DNA from: Monocercomonoides exilis PA203
Lineage: Eukaryota > Protista > Preaxostyla
Assembly (NCBI GenBank): GCA_001643675.2
Contig: LSRY02000046.1
Coordinates: 730,034-794,033 of the forward strand
Direction of reading: 5' to 3'
Length of the DNA stretch: 64,000 nt
How positions within the stretch are numbered: the stretch's first letter is position 1; every line of letters starts with the position of its first letter. The position numbers were made by a program, and so were the translations under genes. Of the stretch, positions 1 through 14,100 are shown in pieces. The notes beneath the pieces are model-generated. The model had not been told where the DNA came from and searched no databases. It was given only the letters and a program-made list of their open reading frames with translations.

Positions 1-1687
1 ATAAAGCGGTCGCCACCACGGGTGATCACTTGCGGAGTCTGCGAAGCGGCAGATGCCGAAGAGCCAGCAGATGTCTGGGAAGAATCAGCTGTTGCTGAGG
101 ACGAAGTGGAAGCAGAGGAAGCAGAAGCAGAGGAGGAGGAGGAGGAAGAAGGCGCTGGCTCATACGTCACTGGCAGGAAGTCAATTCCAGTGACCTTCTT
201 GTCGTGGTTGCTGCCGTGTCTCGACCGCACCTCCAGCCGCGTGATCAGCGGGAGCCCCACCGACGCCAGCACATACAGCTTCCCTGTGAATGTTCCGGCA
301 AACACCATCGTGCCGTCCATCGAGAACCGCACACACGTCACGTAGTCTCCCACATCTGCTCGGTAGATGCACCGCCCTTCCCTCACGTTCCACACGCGCA
401 CTTTCCTGTCCAGGCACCCCGTCACGCAGTAGCCGTTGTCCACCGGGTTGAAGTCCACACACGTCACAAAGTCTCCGTGCTGCAGCGTCCGCAGCGAGTT
501 CGCGCGGCTGACGTGCCACAGCTTCGCAGTCGAGTCCATCGAGCCAGTCAGCACAAAGCCGTTGGGCGCCCAGCACACGTCCAGGATCTGAGACTCGTGC
601 TCCCGGAACTCCCGCACAGGCACCCGCCCAAACACTTCAAAAGCTGCGGGGTCGTCGGGGAACGAGGAGGCGGACAGCGGCTGGGTGACGATGGAAGTAG
701 AAGAGGAGGAAGAGGAATGAGAGGAAGACATTGTCATAGACATTGACATGGATGCAGGCAGGATCGCATTTGTTGGCGAGATTGCCTGCGGAGACGAGGC
801 CGATGAAGAAGAAGAAATCTGATCCATTGGAGATCCCATCGCCAGCGAAGCCTCAGCAGCTGCAGCTGTCAGAGGGGTCAAAATGTCCTCTTTTGCCTGA
901 AACACGCGAAGCACTCCTTCTTTCCCACCTGTCGCAAACCAGTTGCCCTCAGGCGAGAACCGCGCTGCCCAAATCGCATCGTTGGGCAAGTGGATCTCCT
1001 GAACAACACAAAGCCCGCGAAAGTCCTTTGTGGAACGCCGACGAAGCTTAACTTTCATTTTCTGCAGACACTTTGGAATGAAAACGATTTTGGCAAGAAC
1101 AACTTTTTGGTTCTCTTTCGCTTTTTTCCTTTCTTTTTCGTTTTCAATGTCCTTTTTTCTTTCTTCTTCTGCCATTTTTGCTGCTTCTTTTTCTGTCATT
1201 CTGTGGATGCTGACGCCACGTCTTGATGCTTCCATCATCAAGGGATGGGACATCATCGGTTCCGGTCGATACTCATCGACTCGCATAACTTTGCCCGGCT
1301 CATCCAAATTCTTAATCAAAAATTGAGGGTTATCAGGGTCAATGTACGTTGGGTCGTCCATCTGCTTTGATTTTGGAGGTGGCTTCTTTGGTGGGGGAGG
1401 AGGAGGTGGTGGTGACGTGGCTGGAATTCCCTTTTCCAGTTGTGCAATTTTTACTTCCTGTGCTGTGTCACTTTTATCTGGAGCGCAAGCAGGAGTTGTA
1501 CTAAGAATAGAAAGTCGCAAGCCAGAACAATCCACATCTGCAATAACAGATCCTTAAAGTAAAGAAAAGAATTCAACAATAATATAAATTCAAAACCTGA
1601 GTGGGATTCAGTCGGAGGATGTGCAACAAGTTGGGAGTGTTGTGGAGGAATTTCTACATTTTCTGTTTTTTCCTCATCAATTGACAT
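1..1687 (-). CDS. WDR44: WD repeat-containing protein 44-like (Rab11-effector family); 3' end runs off the window
   Basis: ATG at 1687, GT-AG intron 1553-1596, then an open frame to position 1 (absent from the ORF track because it has no stop). Translation includes KDFRGLCVVQEIHLPNDAIWAARFSPEGNWFATGG, EHESQILDVCWAPNGFVLTGSMDSTAKLWH, QHGDFVTCVDFNPVDNGYCVTGCLDRKVRVWN and KKVTGIDF, which match the WDR44 WD40 signature after a Pro-rich N-terminus. Confidence 0.8.
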
Positions 1688-2158
1688 GAGCTGTTCGCCA
1701 AGAATGTCTAACAAAAGTTAAAAAATCAAAATTGAAAAATTTAATAATTGCAAAAAGCACGAGCAGCAATAAAAACTTCTGAGTTAAATTGTATGATTAA
1801 AAATTAAAGGAAATAAAGAACTATTTTCAAAAGTTAATGTTATAAATCTCTATGCTTGAATTAATGTGCTTAATTCAAATTAGGAAAAAATAAGTCCCTT
1901 TTGAAAGCATTTAGCATATTGTTTTTTCATCATTTTTGCAATTAATATTCTTTCATACCTCACAGTTGTGACGTTACACAATTATGTGAAAATAAATAAA
2001 TAATGTTATGGTTAATGTTTTTGTGAAAGAAAAGAAATCACTCAATTCTATGTATTGAGATGGACTTCGAAATTAAAGGGAATAATGATACATTCTGTTT
2101 AAACAACCATATTTTAACTATTCATTTCTCAATAAACTCTTTTTTTATTTAAAGGTAC

Positions 2159-5100
2159 ATGGATACGTCTCCGCAATCAGTAAGAGATGATCCCTTGCAA
2201 CTTCCTTATTTATTGCTGGAGGCTAAGTTTCCACCCTTTTATCCATATTACAATTCTTCAATTGAACAAACTCGGTGCCCAACCTGCGAACAAGAATTCA
2301 CATCGAAAAATTCAAGCAAAATTTGTTGCTTGTGCAATAGGCAAATTTGTGAAAAGTTTGGATCCATATCTTAAACTTTTGTATTTAAAAGGAATTTTGA
2401 TGATTTTAAAATAACTTCTTTTCTCAGTTGCTTGAAGCATAGCAGCGTCCATATGGGTAAAACTTCAAATAATGTTTGTCCTACATGCTGGATTGTTTAT
2501 TGTTGTGGTGTGCAGAAGCAATATTCTTTTTTATTGACAAAATCAATATTAAATTTTATTTTTTTAAGGAGCCTTTTCTCAAGTGAAGCCTCCTCAAAGA
2601 ATCGCTCACATACTTGCAATTGCTCAAATGACTCAAACTTTAGAAGTCTTGTCAAATGCCATTAGAGCACTTCTTTATTTTTTCAAAGCTTCAATTTTCA
2701 CGCCTGATTTATCAACTTCTTCTTTACCAAAAAGGTCTGATGCTATTGATTCACGTTCTTCAAAAGGAGCTTCTACATCGCGCTTTTCTTCGTCGCTTCC
2801 TCACGAGCAATATCTTGAATTCGAGAAGCTTCTGAATTTGTACTTTGAAGGAACACAGAAAAAGTTGCTATCGAGTAAAAATGAAATTTCAGAAAAGCAA
2901 AATGCACAAGCTGTTGTTGCAATTTTTGGAGGGACGATTGCAGGCACTGATTCGCTCACCCCGATCATTATATCTGAAGGGAAAGCGTGTTCTGGAGCAC
3001 AGCCAAGCAATTCCAATAAAATTAATGGCAGTTATTCAACACTCTCAGATAATGTGATTCTCCCTCCAATAGCTCCTATTTCTTCCAGCTCAATCATCTC
3101 AGCCGAATTATCCATGGCCAAACCAAAACCTTCTTTTCCCTCTTCTTTCGACCCAGCCACGCGCAAACAGAATGCTTCTTCTTCTTTCCCCACTTCATAT
3201 TCTCACGCCTTCCAACTCCAAAAAACCGCTGCTCGCCCGCCCACACCCACAACACCCGGTTTCGAGGCATCGTATCCTTCTTCATCGTCTGTGCCTCTGC
3301 AGCCATCTTCGTCTTCGTCTTCTTCTTCCTCTTCGACTCCCTTCTTCTCTCCGGCAATGGCAGCTATTTCACAGACATCTTCTGTTCTTGTCTCTAATTC
3401 TGGTCAAACATCTTCTTCTTCCTCATCTTCCTCTTCTTCCTCTTCCTTCGCAACTGGTCCAATCACTTCGCACAACAACTTCTTCTTCCGCTTCCCTCCG
3501 CCAGTCAAAAGCATCCCCCTCATTTCACAGCCTGCTCTCTCTGCCATTTCATCTGCTTCTGTTCTTCAGAGCACTTCTTCTCCATCTTCTTCCTCTTCCT
3601 CTTCCTCTTCTTCTTCCTCTTCTTCCACTTCACAATCTTCTTCTTCCTCCTCTGACCCTGCCTTCGGATCCCACAAGCTCCAGTCTGTGTTCACCAAAGA
3701 GCTTCAGTCTCTTCTCTTCCCAAACTCCAACCAGGACGTCAAGAGCGCCTACCAATCCACCGTCACCCTCCATTCAGATGCTAATAATAACACAGGGTCA
3801 TCATCATCTTCTTCTTCTGTACCTCAAATGTACAGTGCACGCAGCCACACCCGCTTTGGGGAGCAGATCAGCAGCGCTAGAAAAAAAGAGTTGAACGGGA
3901 AAGAAGAAACCAACAGCGAAAGAAGCGACGGCTTCGGCCTCTTTTCAGAGCTGCTGTTCACCCGCTTCGTTTCCCTCTGCTCGTTCTGTGTGAAAAACAA
4001 CGTTGAATTCTTTTCTTCTCTTCTGCTTCTTTCTCTGGCGTTCTCCTTAGCCCGACACGACGTCATCAAGGCGTTCATATCAGACGAGTGGGTGGCTGTG
4101 CGTGTGGCTCGTAAACAGACCTCGGATGCTTCTGTTATTGGCTCTCCGCACAAAACGGATGAAAATAACAGACATTATTCGATTTCTCCGTTCTTCCACA
4201 TCCTCCCGTGGCTGCTGAAACAGTCAATTTATGCAGATATTTCACCTTTTTCATCATCGTCATCATCATCATCATCATCTTCTTCTTCTTCTTCCTCATC
4301 CCTTCCCACCTTCCCCTTCAACACTCTTGAGCTGTCCTATTTGTCCTCTTCCATCATCTCCGCTCTCCTCAAAGTCGCCAACGTCTCCTCCATCGCCGTC
4401 ACCATCCAACAGAGCGAGGCGCTGAGCTTGCCGCAGACACACAACAAGTCCCTTTCTGCATTGTCTTCCATTCTCCACCCGTTTTTCGTGCTGGAGGCGC
4501 CGACCGCGCTGAACTTGTGCATTTTGCATTGCCTCAGGCTGCAGATTGCGCTGATGACGATGGCAAACACGATGAATGCGAATAATAATTCTTCTGCTTT
4601 TTCTGCTTTTTCTGGTTTTTCTTCTTCTTCTTCTACTTCTTCTTCTTTGGCTTCTATTATGCCTCCATCTCACCAGCATTCTCTTTCTCCTCCTGCGTTC
4701 TCGATGTATTCCATGCAACCTTCATCATCATCATCTTCTTCTTCTTCTTCTTCTTCCTCTTTTTCTTCCCTTTCAAACCCATTCTCCTCTTCTTCCTCTT
4801 CTTCCTCTTCTTCCTCCTCCTCTTTTCTTCCTCCTCTTTCCTCCTTCCTCTCTCTCTCTCCTTCCCCTTTCTTCTCCTTCATCTTCTCCAGATGCCTTGC
4901 CCGTATCACTTCAGAAATAGCCACCCCTGGTTCTTCTCTCAGTGCATTTCTTACAAACAACAGTTCGCTCTCCGTTTCTTATGTGAGGAAAATGAGTTTT
5001 CCTTTTGCCTCGTTTGTGAAGTTTTGCGAGGAGGTGTTTGTGAATGGAAGATGCGGGGTGATTGTGGGGTATAACAATAGAAGCAGTTGTGGTTGCTTTA

Positions 5101-8100
5101 AGGGTTATGGAGGAGGAGGAGGAGGAGGAGGAGGAGGAGGGAATTTAAATAATTCTTCTTCTTCTTCTACTTCTTCTTCTACTTCTTCTTCTTCTTCTTC
5201 TTCTTCTTCGTCTTTTCACATTTCTTCTCGTTTTATCTATTTGATGGAGCCAGATTTCATTTCTCTCTGTTATGCACTGCTTTCCTTCATCACTGAGCTT
5301 AATCGCTCTTCTTTTGATTTGTTTTCTGTTCCTGATACTTCTTCTTCTTCATTCTCTTCTTCCACCTCTTCTTCCTCCTCCTCCTCTTTCTCTTTCTCTT
5401 CCTCTTCCTCTTCCTCTTCAAACATCCCCTCCCACATTCTCCGCCTTAACTCCACTTTATCCTTGTTCCTTCCTCAGTTTCTGATTGACCTCGTTTCCTC
5501 TATCGATTCTATGATAACACTCAGCAAATGCACTTCTCATAGAAAACATTCAAGAAAAGGGAAGATGAATGTGAAAGAAGAAATTAAAGAAGAAGAAGAG
5601 GAGGAAGATAAAGATGAAGGAAGAGAAGAAGAAGAAGAATATGATGATGATGAAGTGGGGCTGTTTGCCAGTAGAGACAAGATGATAGAGAGAATTATGC
5701 AAAGAAATAAATCATCTTCATCGTTGTCATCATCATCATCATCATCTTCTTCTTCTTCTTCTTCTTCTGTTGAATGGACAATTGAAACTTCATCAAATAA
5801 GAACAATAACAACAACAATAATAATAAACCCCCAAACCAGAAAGAACACACAAAGAAATCATCATTCCATCCATCAGCTGTTTTATTCCCTCCCTTTTTG
5901 CACTTTTCTTCTCAATCCGATTTCGCTTCAATCGAAAAATTTGCATGTGCCAATCAAACTGCCTTTTATTCCCAGTCATTTTTCGATTTTGCACAGGATT
6001 CCACTGAAATAAATACAATTGACTCGTTTTTTCTCTCTTCTTTTCGAGTGAAACTTGTCTCAGACAAAGTTTATCTGCCTCTTCTTTCAACCATTGCAGA
6101 CGAAGCAAACCGGCTGCTGTATTGCTTCTTCTACGATGAGCTGTTATCTCCACTGCCCCTGAGGGAGAAAGGGAAAGAAGGAGATTATTCACTCAATGGA
6201 GTTAATAGTAGATGCTCAACTGCTTCTTCTGCTACTGCTGCTTCTTCTTCTTCTTCATTAAACAAATCAGTTTCTTCCTCTTCTCTCCCTTCTTCTTCCT
6301 CTTCCTCTTCTTCCTCTTCTTCTTCCTCTTCTTCTTCCTCTTCCTCTTCCTCTTCCTCTTCCTCTTCATCCTCTCCTTCTCCTTCTCCTTCTTCTTCTTC
6401 TTCCACCCGCCTTCCTTCTCCCATCACCGACACCTCCACCTCTTTCCTCTTCTCCCCCGACATCATCGTCCCTCCTCCTTCTCCCGATTACTCTGCCTCC
6501 GTCTCTTCTCCCATCACATCTTACCCGCCTCCCTGCGACCCTCCTCCTCCTCCTTCTCTTCCTCCTTCTTTCCCTCTTTCTCATCTGCCTCCTGCCATCA
6601 CAAAACTCACTGCTCGTGTTGGGATATCCATAGGCGTTGATGATGAATGTAGAAGCAGCAGTAACAATGGTGGAGTCATATTTGAGAGAGAGAGAAAGAG
6701 AAGAAGAGAGATTTCACAGCTCCACAACCGATTGATTTTTTTCTTCAGATTTTTGAACGAAGCGCTCAGCAAATCGGATGTGGCACGCAACATGGCGTAT
6801 TGGATGCATATTGTTCTTTCTCTATTCTCACTCATCTTTCCTTCTTTGTTTTTGAGAGAGAATTTAGTCATATGCAATAATAATAATAACAACAATGGTG
6901 GTGATTGTGGTGGAGAAGGAAGAGGAAGAGAAGGAGATGGCATTTATTCCCTCACATTAGCCAGCAAAGCTCAATATGATTCACAAAGAGGTCTGTTTAA
7001 TCTTCCTCTTTCGTCTCTCCTGCAGAAGTTTCACTCACAAAACGGATTTTCTATTCAACAAAGAACGAATGAAACAGAAATCGCATTCGAAAGAGAAAAC
7101 GAAATTAAAAGCAATTCGTTTTTCCCTTCCTTTTTCACTAATTGTGCAAAAGAATGCGAAAATAATGAGTCTTTTCATTTGAATAACATTTCTTCTTCTG
7201 TTTTGTTCACTCTTCCCACAGACGCCCCTGCTCTTTCATTTGGCCCCACAAAATGTTGTTCTTCAGAAACTTTGCATCTTCCAGTGCAATTCACACCTTT
7301 GGATGACGATGATGGAGAAGGAGAAGAAGAAGAAGAGAATCTTGAAGAGAAAGATCAGAATGCGTTTGTTTCAACCTCTTCTTCTTCTCTTACTTCTTCT
7401 TCTTCTTCTTTCCATCTCCCCGAGTTAATACCCCCCGACTCCTCTTCCCCTCTCCCTCCCGTCTTCATCCGCGAAGCAGGTCTTCTTCTGAAGCGCCTTC
7501 TTCTCCTTCCAGACATCCAAAGCAACCTCTCCATGTTCCTCTTGAAGTACATCACACTCAACATCATCGACCGCTCGGGTTTGTGGGGCAACACAAAAGA
7601 TGCAGATGAATTGGAGGAGGAAGACGAGGCAAAGTGGAAGAGGCTGAAGGAAGAGCCGGAACCGACGCCGTTTTGGGTGTATGCAGAGAAGACGTCGAAG
7701 ATGCTGGTAGAGAGAAGAGGAAAGGGAGAAGGAGAGGACGGAGAAATAGAAAAATCCGGAGAAATTGGAGAAGGAAAAGAAGAAGGCAGTTCATCTTCTT
7801 CTGTGCGTATGATAGATGGTACACTTGGTTTCACTTCTCCTTCTGTTCTTTCTTCATTCGCAAAAGTGAACACTTCCAATCCTCAAGCTTCAAAGCCATG
7901 CTCTTTACTAATATGTGCTTCGACTCCATCGTTAGCATCATTATCACCTTCATCATCATCGTCATCATCATCTTCTTCTTTATCAATCGAAGATGATTCA
8001 ATAACCGAATTCCGCACAGCCGAAGACTCAGAAGCAGCTCTTCTGCAGCGTCTGGCATTGAACGAACTTGACTCCCGTCTCTCAGATGCAGAACGAAGGT

Positions 8101-11100
8101 GGATTTATCACTCCAACTTAACCTCTGCACTTGGGTGTTCTGCACTTCCTGTTGTGTCACCTTCTTCTCTTCTCATTCCGGGCACCCAAATCCACTCATT
8201 TCCTGCGCCTTCTGTCTCCTTCTCTCTATTTCCCCCCACCGCCTCTCCAGCGCGTGTGCGAAAGGTGATATTTGACGAAGTGATCAGTGTTGTGTTCCAC
8301 AGAGCAGAGAAGAGAAGGGCAGAGCTGATTGAGCTGATGAACTTCCTGTTTGTGGAGTCGCTGCAGAGAGTAGAGCAGACACAGCCAATGAAAGGGTATG
8401 CCGTGATGTGTGTGCTAAAGGCAATCCTGTCAGAAAGAGAAAGATTAAAACAGTTTGTGACCCTCCACGTTCGCAGCTGTCTTTTTCTCATCTGCACATT
8501 CTGTGGGAACAGCAACAGCCACCTCAGCTCTGCTGCCACAGACGTCCTTGCCTCTTTCTTCAGCGGCGGCGACAGCATCGACGACCCTGACATCACAGGA
8601 GCGAAATGGGCAAAAGAATGCTTGCGCATCAGCTCCCCCACTGTCCAGCACGCTGCTTTGCTCGCCCTCAACCGCCTGGCTGAAACACACCCGCCCTCAA
8701 AGTACTTCGACTTGTGGAACCCGATCTTTCCTGAGCTGCTGAATGCAGAGCAGATGAAGAGGTACTGCGAGGTCGACCGCTCGCTCGCTGCCTCGCTTGT
8801 CGCGCTGTTTGCGTCGTCTGCCGTCAGCTTTGAGCACATCTCAGTTGCAATGCCTCGCATGCTCCCTTTATTGGGCATCCCAAACACAGCTCTTCAGACA
8901 ACTGTCCTGCAGATCCTGTTGGAGGCAGCGAAGAGGGGAGAAAGCGAGCGTCTGTCGTTAGATTCCCTCAGAGCCATCGAGTGGGCGTCGGCAGGGCTGA
9001 GATCTGTTCCCGATGAGCTTATCTTTGGCGCCCTGCAGTTCTTTGTGGTGATGCTGGGCACGATACACAACCGGCCTGATGCTGACAGCGCCATCACTTC
9101 TATCACAAGAAGGAGGGAATATAATGGAGTGCGCTTTGGCTGCCCCTGCGAAATGCTGGCGGTGAAGATGTACTCGTTCACGTTCGAGTCGATGCTGAAG
9201 CTGATCAACCCGCTCACACACACGCCACGCACAGTCTCTTTGGCTGTCGCTTGCATTTCGGCCTTTGCTGAACTGGGATTTGGGGCAGAGGACGTGATGG
9301 AAGACAGGATTGCGCTGCAGCTGTATCAGAAACCGGAGGAAAGGGCGTCGTTTTTCTTTTCTCCGGCTTCTTCTCCTGGTGGGAGCGGGAGTGGAAGTGG
9401 AAGAATCGCATCAGCAGCAAATGCAATGGAAGCAATGTATTCTTCTTCTTCCTCTCCCTTTTACTCCCCCTCTTCATATTCCTCTTCCGACCAAAAACTC
9501 CCCTTCGACTCCGGCACCTGCTTCATCCGCCTTCTCATTTCCCTCTTTTTCACCAAGTTCCCTTCCCTCACCTCTCTCTCTTCCCTCTCCTCCACCAGCC
9601 CCAACGCCTACCTCCGCCTCTACCCAACCCCTCCTCTCGTCCACGCCTCCCGCGCCTTAACCCACTTTGCCAAGCAAGACAGACGCATAGCACATTCTTT
9701 GTCTTCTATCAGAATCAGTTTCCCCTCCTGGCCTTCCACACATATCTTGCTCTCTTCTGTTGTTCCGCAGCTGCTGGAGACGATGGAGGGAATTAACTTG
9801 GCGAATGTGCTGAGGTTTGTGGCGGTTGTGTGTGAGATTAGCAGGGCTTTTAGAAAGCAGCTGGTGGAGATGGATATCTTTGGAATTGTGCTGAAGATGA
9901 TTCGAATGGGAGGAGAGGCGTTTGTGAGGAAGAGGAAAGAGGAAGGAGAAGAAGAAGGAAGCAACAAAGAAGTGGATGATAATAATAAAGAAGGTGATAT
10001 AAGAGAAACTTCCGTAGATTCAGATAGAAAGCACGTATTCAGCCCAAGTCCGCTATCTCCTTCGAATTTTGCTCAAAACAATGCAACTTCAGAAAATAAT
10101 CCCTTCATCGCCCCGATCGCTTCCCCAACGCCTCCAGAACTAATTCCTGCAGACATCAAAAGCAGCCTAAATAGGAAGCATATAACACCGCTGGATTCTG
10201 AAGAGGCAGAAAATGAAGAGGATGAAGAAGATAATGACAACGATAATGATGAAGGTAGTTCAAACGAAAGAGAAGAAAGAGATGATATTGAAATTGAAAA
10301 TGAGGGAGAAAGAGAAAGAAGTTTAGAAGAAGAAGAAGAAGTTGAGAATATCAGCAGACAAAGCAGAAGAGGAGAAAGAAGAGAGGAAAGAAGAGCGATC
10401 ACTGCCGCATCGCGGAATTCTCGTCGGAGTGTGCAGACAGCCAACCGATCAGTCGATGCGTTCTCAACAGCCTCAGCTGCTGCTGGCACACTCAATGCCT
10501 CATTCTCTGCTGCTTCCTCTTCTGCTTCAACTTCATCATCATCTTCTTCTTCTTCTCTCTCCTCTTCTTCCTCTTCTCCTTCATTGCTTTCGTCCTCCTC
10601 TTCTTCATCTTCTATAACCCCACAAACTTCTTCTTGTTCTTCCACAAAGAAAGTTGAGCTTAAACTGACAAAAACATACCGCCCGCCTCGTCCCGAGCTC
10701 TTCTTCCTCAAAACATCCAAGTGGATTGACTATTATCTCATAAGACTGCTGGAAAGCCTAATCGACAACGATACTTTTGACAAGCTTGTCAATTTCAAAG
10801 AGAAAAATTCTCCTTCTGGTTCTTCTGCTTCTGCTTCTGCTTCTTCTTCTTCTTCTTCAATGAACAACACAGCACAAAACTTTGGTGAGTCTGGCTCTGC
10901 TGTAGAATATGTGCTTTCTGAAGAGTTTCCTCATTTCTGGATAATCAAGCAAGGAATGCGCAGCCCAGTAGCGATGATACAGAGAGCCACCCAAAGACTG
11001 CTTGTGAAATTGTGTCTGGTCGCATTTGTGAAAGATGTTTCGAATAAAAAATTAGAATTTAATTCTTCTTCTTCTTCTGCCTTCTCCCAAACCTCCTCTC

Positions 11101-14100
11101 AACCTTCCACCCAGACCCCTTCTGACACCAAAACAAGTCCTTCCTCTTCTTTCTTCAGTGACCCATCCACCCGCCGCACATTCTACTCGTATCTCTTCAT
11201 GCTCCGTGACCAGCGCGGCTCCCTCGCCATCTCCGCTCAGTCAAACAGCCAAGCACAGCTTCCACAGCTCAATCAAATGACACAAACGACACAAGTTAAT
11301 CATCTTAATCAACCGAATCAGTTTTCTCAATCCAATCAGCTCAATCAATCTAGTCAATACACTCCTCTTACTCAATTCACACCTCAAACACAGAACGCGA
11401 CTGCAGCTGATGGCTCCCTCATCCCCAGTGCTCCCATTCCCGATGGCGGTCGCATCTACCTCGAGTCCTTCCCTCTCCTCCCTCCCACAAAATCCCCCTT
11501 CGACTGCCTCCCTCCTTCTGCAAACATCTCATACACTCTGAGAGACACATGCCACAAGCTGGGTGAGGCGCTGGCTGAGCACTTGAATGCCATTTATTCC
11601 CTCTGTTCTCGCTTCATCGGTGCTGGCAGCGCCCCCTCGGGTGTAGCGATGGAAGCAGCGCAGACAGAAATTTCCTCGTTCTGCGAGCAGGAGAATTCGC
11701 TCCGCCTGTCAATCAGCCAGCTCATGAGCAGAACTGGCACACAGGGAAGCATCAACGCAGCTGCTATGGCTGCTTCTTCTTCTTCTTCTTCGGCATCTGT
11801 TTCTTCTTCTTCTATTTCTCCGAGAGGCGGAGTATCTTCCGTGCTGGGTGCAGGTGACGGTGCACAATGGATCCTCCGGCGCGAAGAGCTGGCAGAGGCG
11901 CTTATTCTGGTGCCTAACATTATGTCTGCCCTCTCCCAGCTGCTTCTGTCTCCTCTCTGTTCCATCCGCTTCCGCGTCGAAATCGCAAAGTTGGTGTTTA
12001 TTCTGACAGAGAAATCAGATTTTGGGCGGCGTAGTGTGGAAGAGTACTGTCTGAGGATGATCTGCTGTGCGTCTGACATCTTCAACATCAACAGCCCCGC
12101 CACGTCTGCCTACCAGGCGATCCGCATTCCCCCCGCCAGCAACATGCCGCTCTATCAGATGCTGTACGACTCGGTGCACCGCATCGACTCAGACGCTGAT
12201 GCTGGCAATCTCTCAGGCGCAAGACAAACACAGTCAGTGGCTCAGCTGCTGATCTCGCTGAAGAGGCACGCTGCTTCCACAAGGCAGGCCATCGCAGCGA
12301 AGATGAGAGAGGCGGCTGAGGCGCAGAATCCGAAGAGAAGAGAAGACGCGAAGGAGAGCGGGGGCGCGTCGTCTTCTGCAGATAAAATGAAAGGCAGCTC
12401 ATCAACAATGAACTCATCATCATCAGCATCAGCATTAGCAATCCCCAATGCCTCCTCCCTCACCCCATTCCCTGTATGCATTCCTCCTCCGTGTCTGCTG
12501 GACCGCCCTCCTCCTCCTTACAACCCATCCACCACGCTCTCCTTCGTGTGCCAGCTGATCTGCCTCAACTATCTTTCAGGGAGAGGCGCCTTCGTGAGAG
12601 GTGAATGCTCCTTCGGCGGCATCGTGTTTCGCTCGCAGACAGCAAAACTGGCGCTGATGGTGAAAGTGTTTGCCGGCGCGTCCTTTTTGAACACATCCCT
12701 ACGCACTGCCCCTCTGCTCCACACGTGCCACGATGCGGGGCTTGAGTCTGGCTCCTTTCTGGTCGCTCTCTCCTGCCTCGCCTCTCTCGCCAAGCGCGGG
12801 TACTCATTCGTCCAAGTGCGCGAGGCAAAAATATTTCCCCTTCTTGTTGCCATGCTCCGCCTCCCTTCATTACCTGCAGCACTGCCGGCATCAATTGCCA
12901 AACAGGCTGCATTTCAGATGCCCTACCCGATGGTTGTACCCACACACGAGCGCTGCTTCCTAGCGGCGGTGTGCATCGGCCACTTCTGCCTCCTCGACGC
13001 TGCAAATGCGAAGTGCGTGGCCGCTAACCCTTTCTTCTTCCACAACATCCTCCACATTTTGGCTGTCCCGGCCTCTTCTCTTGCTTACTTTGCTGTTCCC
13101 ACCTCAGTCCGCACAGCGCTTCTGTTTGCGCTCCATTCGGTCTGCTCCATCGACACCTCTGCAGCAATGATGATGATGAGGGCGGTGCCAATGGCAAAGA
13201 CGATATTGCACAGCTGCTTGTTCACGGCAGCTCAGCACGAGATGGCAATTATGGGAGATGCGATGCTGCAGACGGGAAATCAGATGGAGATGCTGCAGCC
13301 TTCATCATCATCATCATCTTCTTCTTCTTCTTCTTCTTCTTCAGTCCAGCAAGGCACATTGAAATCTGGCAGCTCATTCTGGTTTGACAGATTAGGGCTG
13401 CTTGTGAAGGGTGAGATGCCATCGCCGTTTCAGCCAATTGCGAGAGCATACGCGCTTCGTGTGCTGACTCTTGCAATGCTTGCTTCTGATGCTCAGCTTT
13501 CATATGGCAAGCAAACGAGGTCGAATAACTGTTTAGGTCAATCATCGAATGCGAATGTTGAAAGGGATAATGAAATGGCTCAGAGAATGGAATCTACTCA
13601 ACAAACAGAAAGAGCTAGTGTTTCAGCTGTTGCTAGCTCTGCCTCTTTTCCAATTGTGCAAGGGATTTCATCATACAAATCATCTTCTCAGCTTCCTCTG
13701 CTTTCATTTCCAGAAATTGTCGATATGTTTCCGCTCAAAACACAGCCGCCGGCTCCTCAGCAGGCAATATTACCTCCATCGCCTCTATTCAACTCCCCTC
13801 ATTTAGACTTCTTCACATACCCTCGTGTGTTGCACAGAACACTTTCGTTGTTCAACACAACTGGCAACAAAAACACGAAACAGCTGTTGAAAGCAGCAAA
13901 TGTGTTCCTTCGCTTGTCTTTCACTCGAATTCTGTCAGAAAACATGTCAAAAGCAATTCTTGAGTTTCCAGATACAAGCACAGAAAAATCATCGACTCCG
14001 CAATTACAACAACCCCAACCATCATCAACAGCATGCTATGCATCGCTTCCTGGCTTCTGGCCACGTGAGTCTCTTCCCCACACGATGTTCATTCCCGAAG

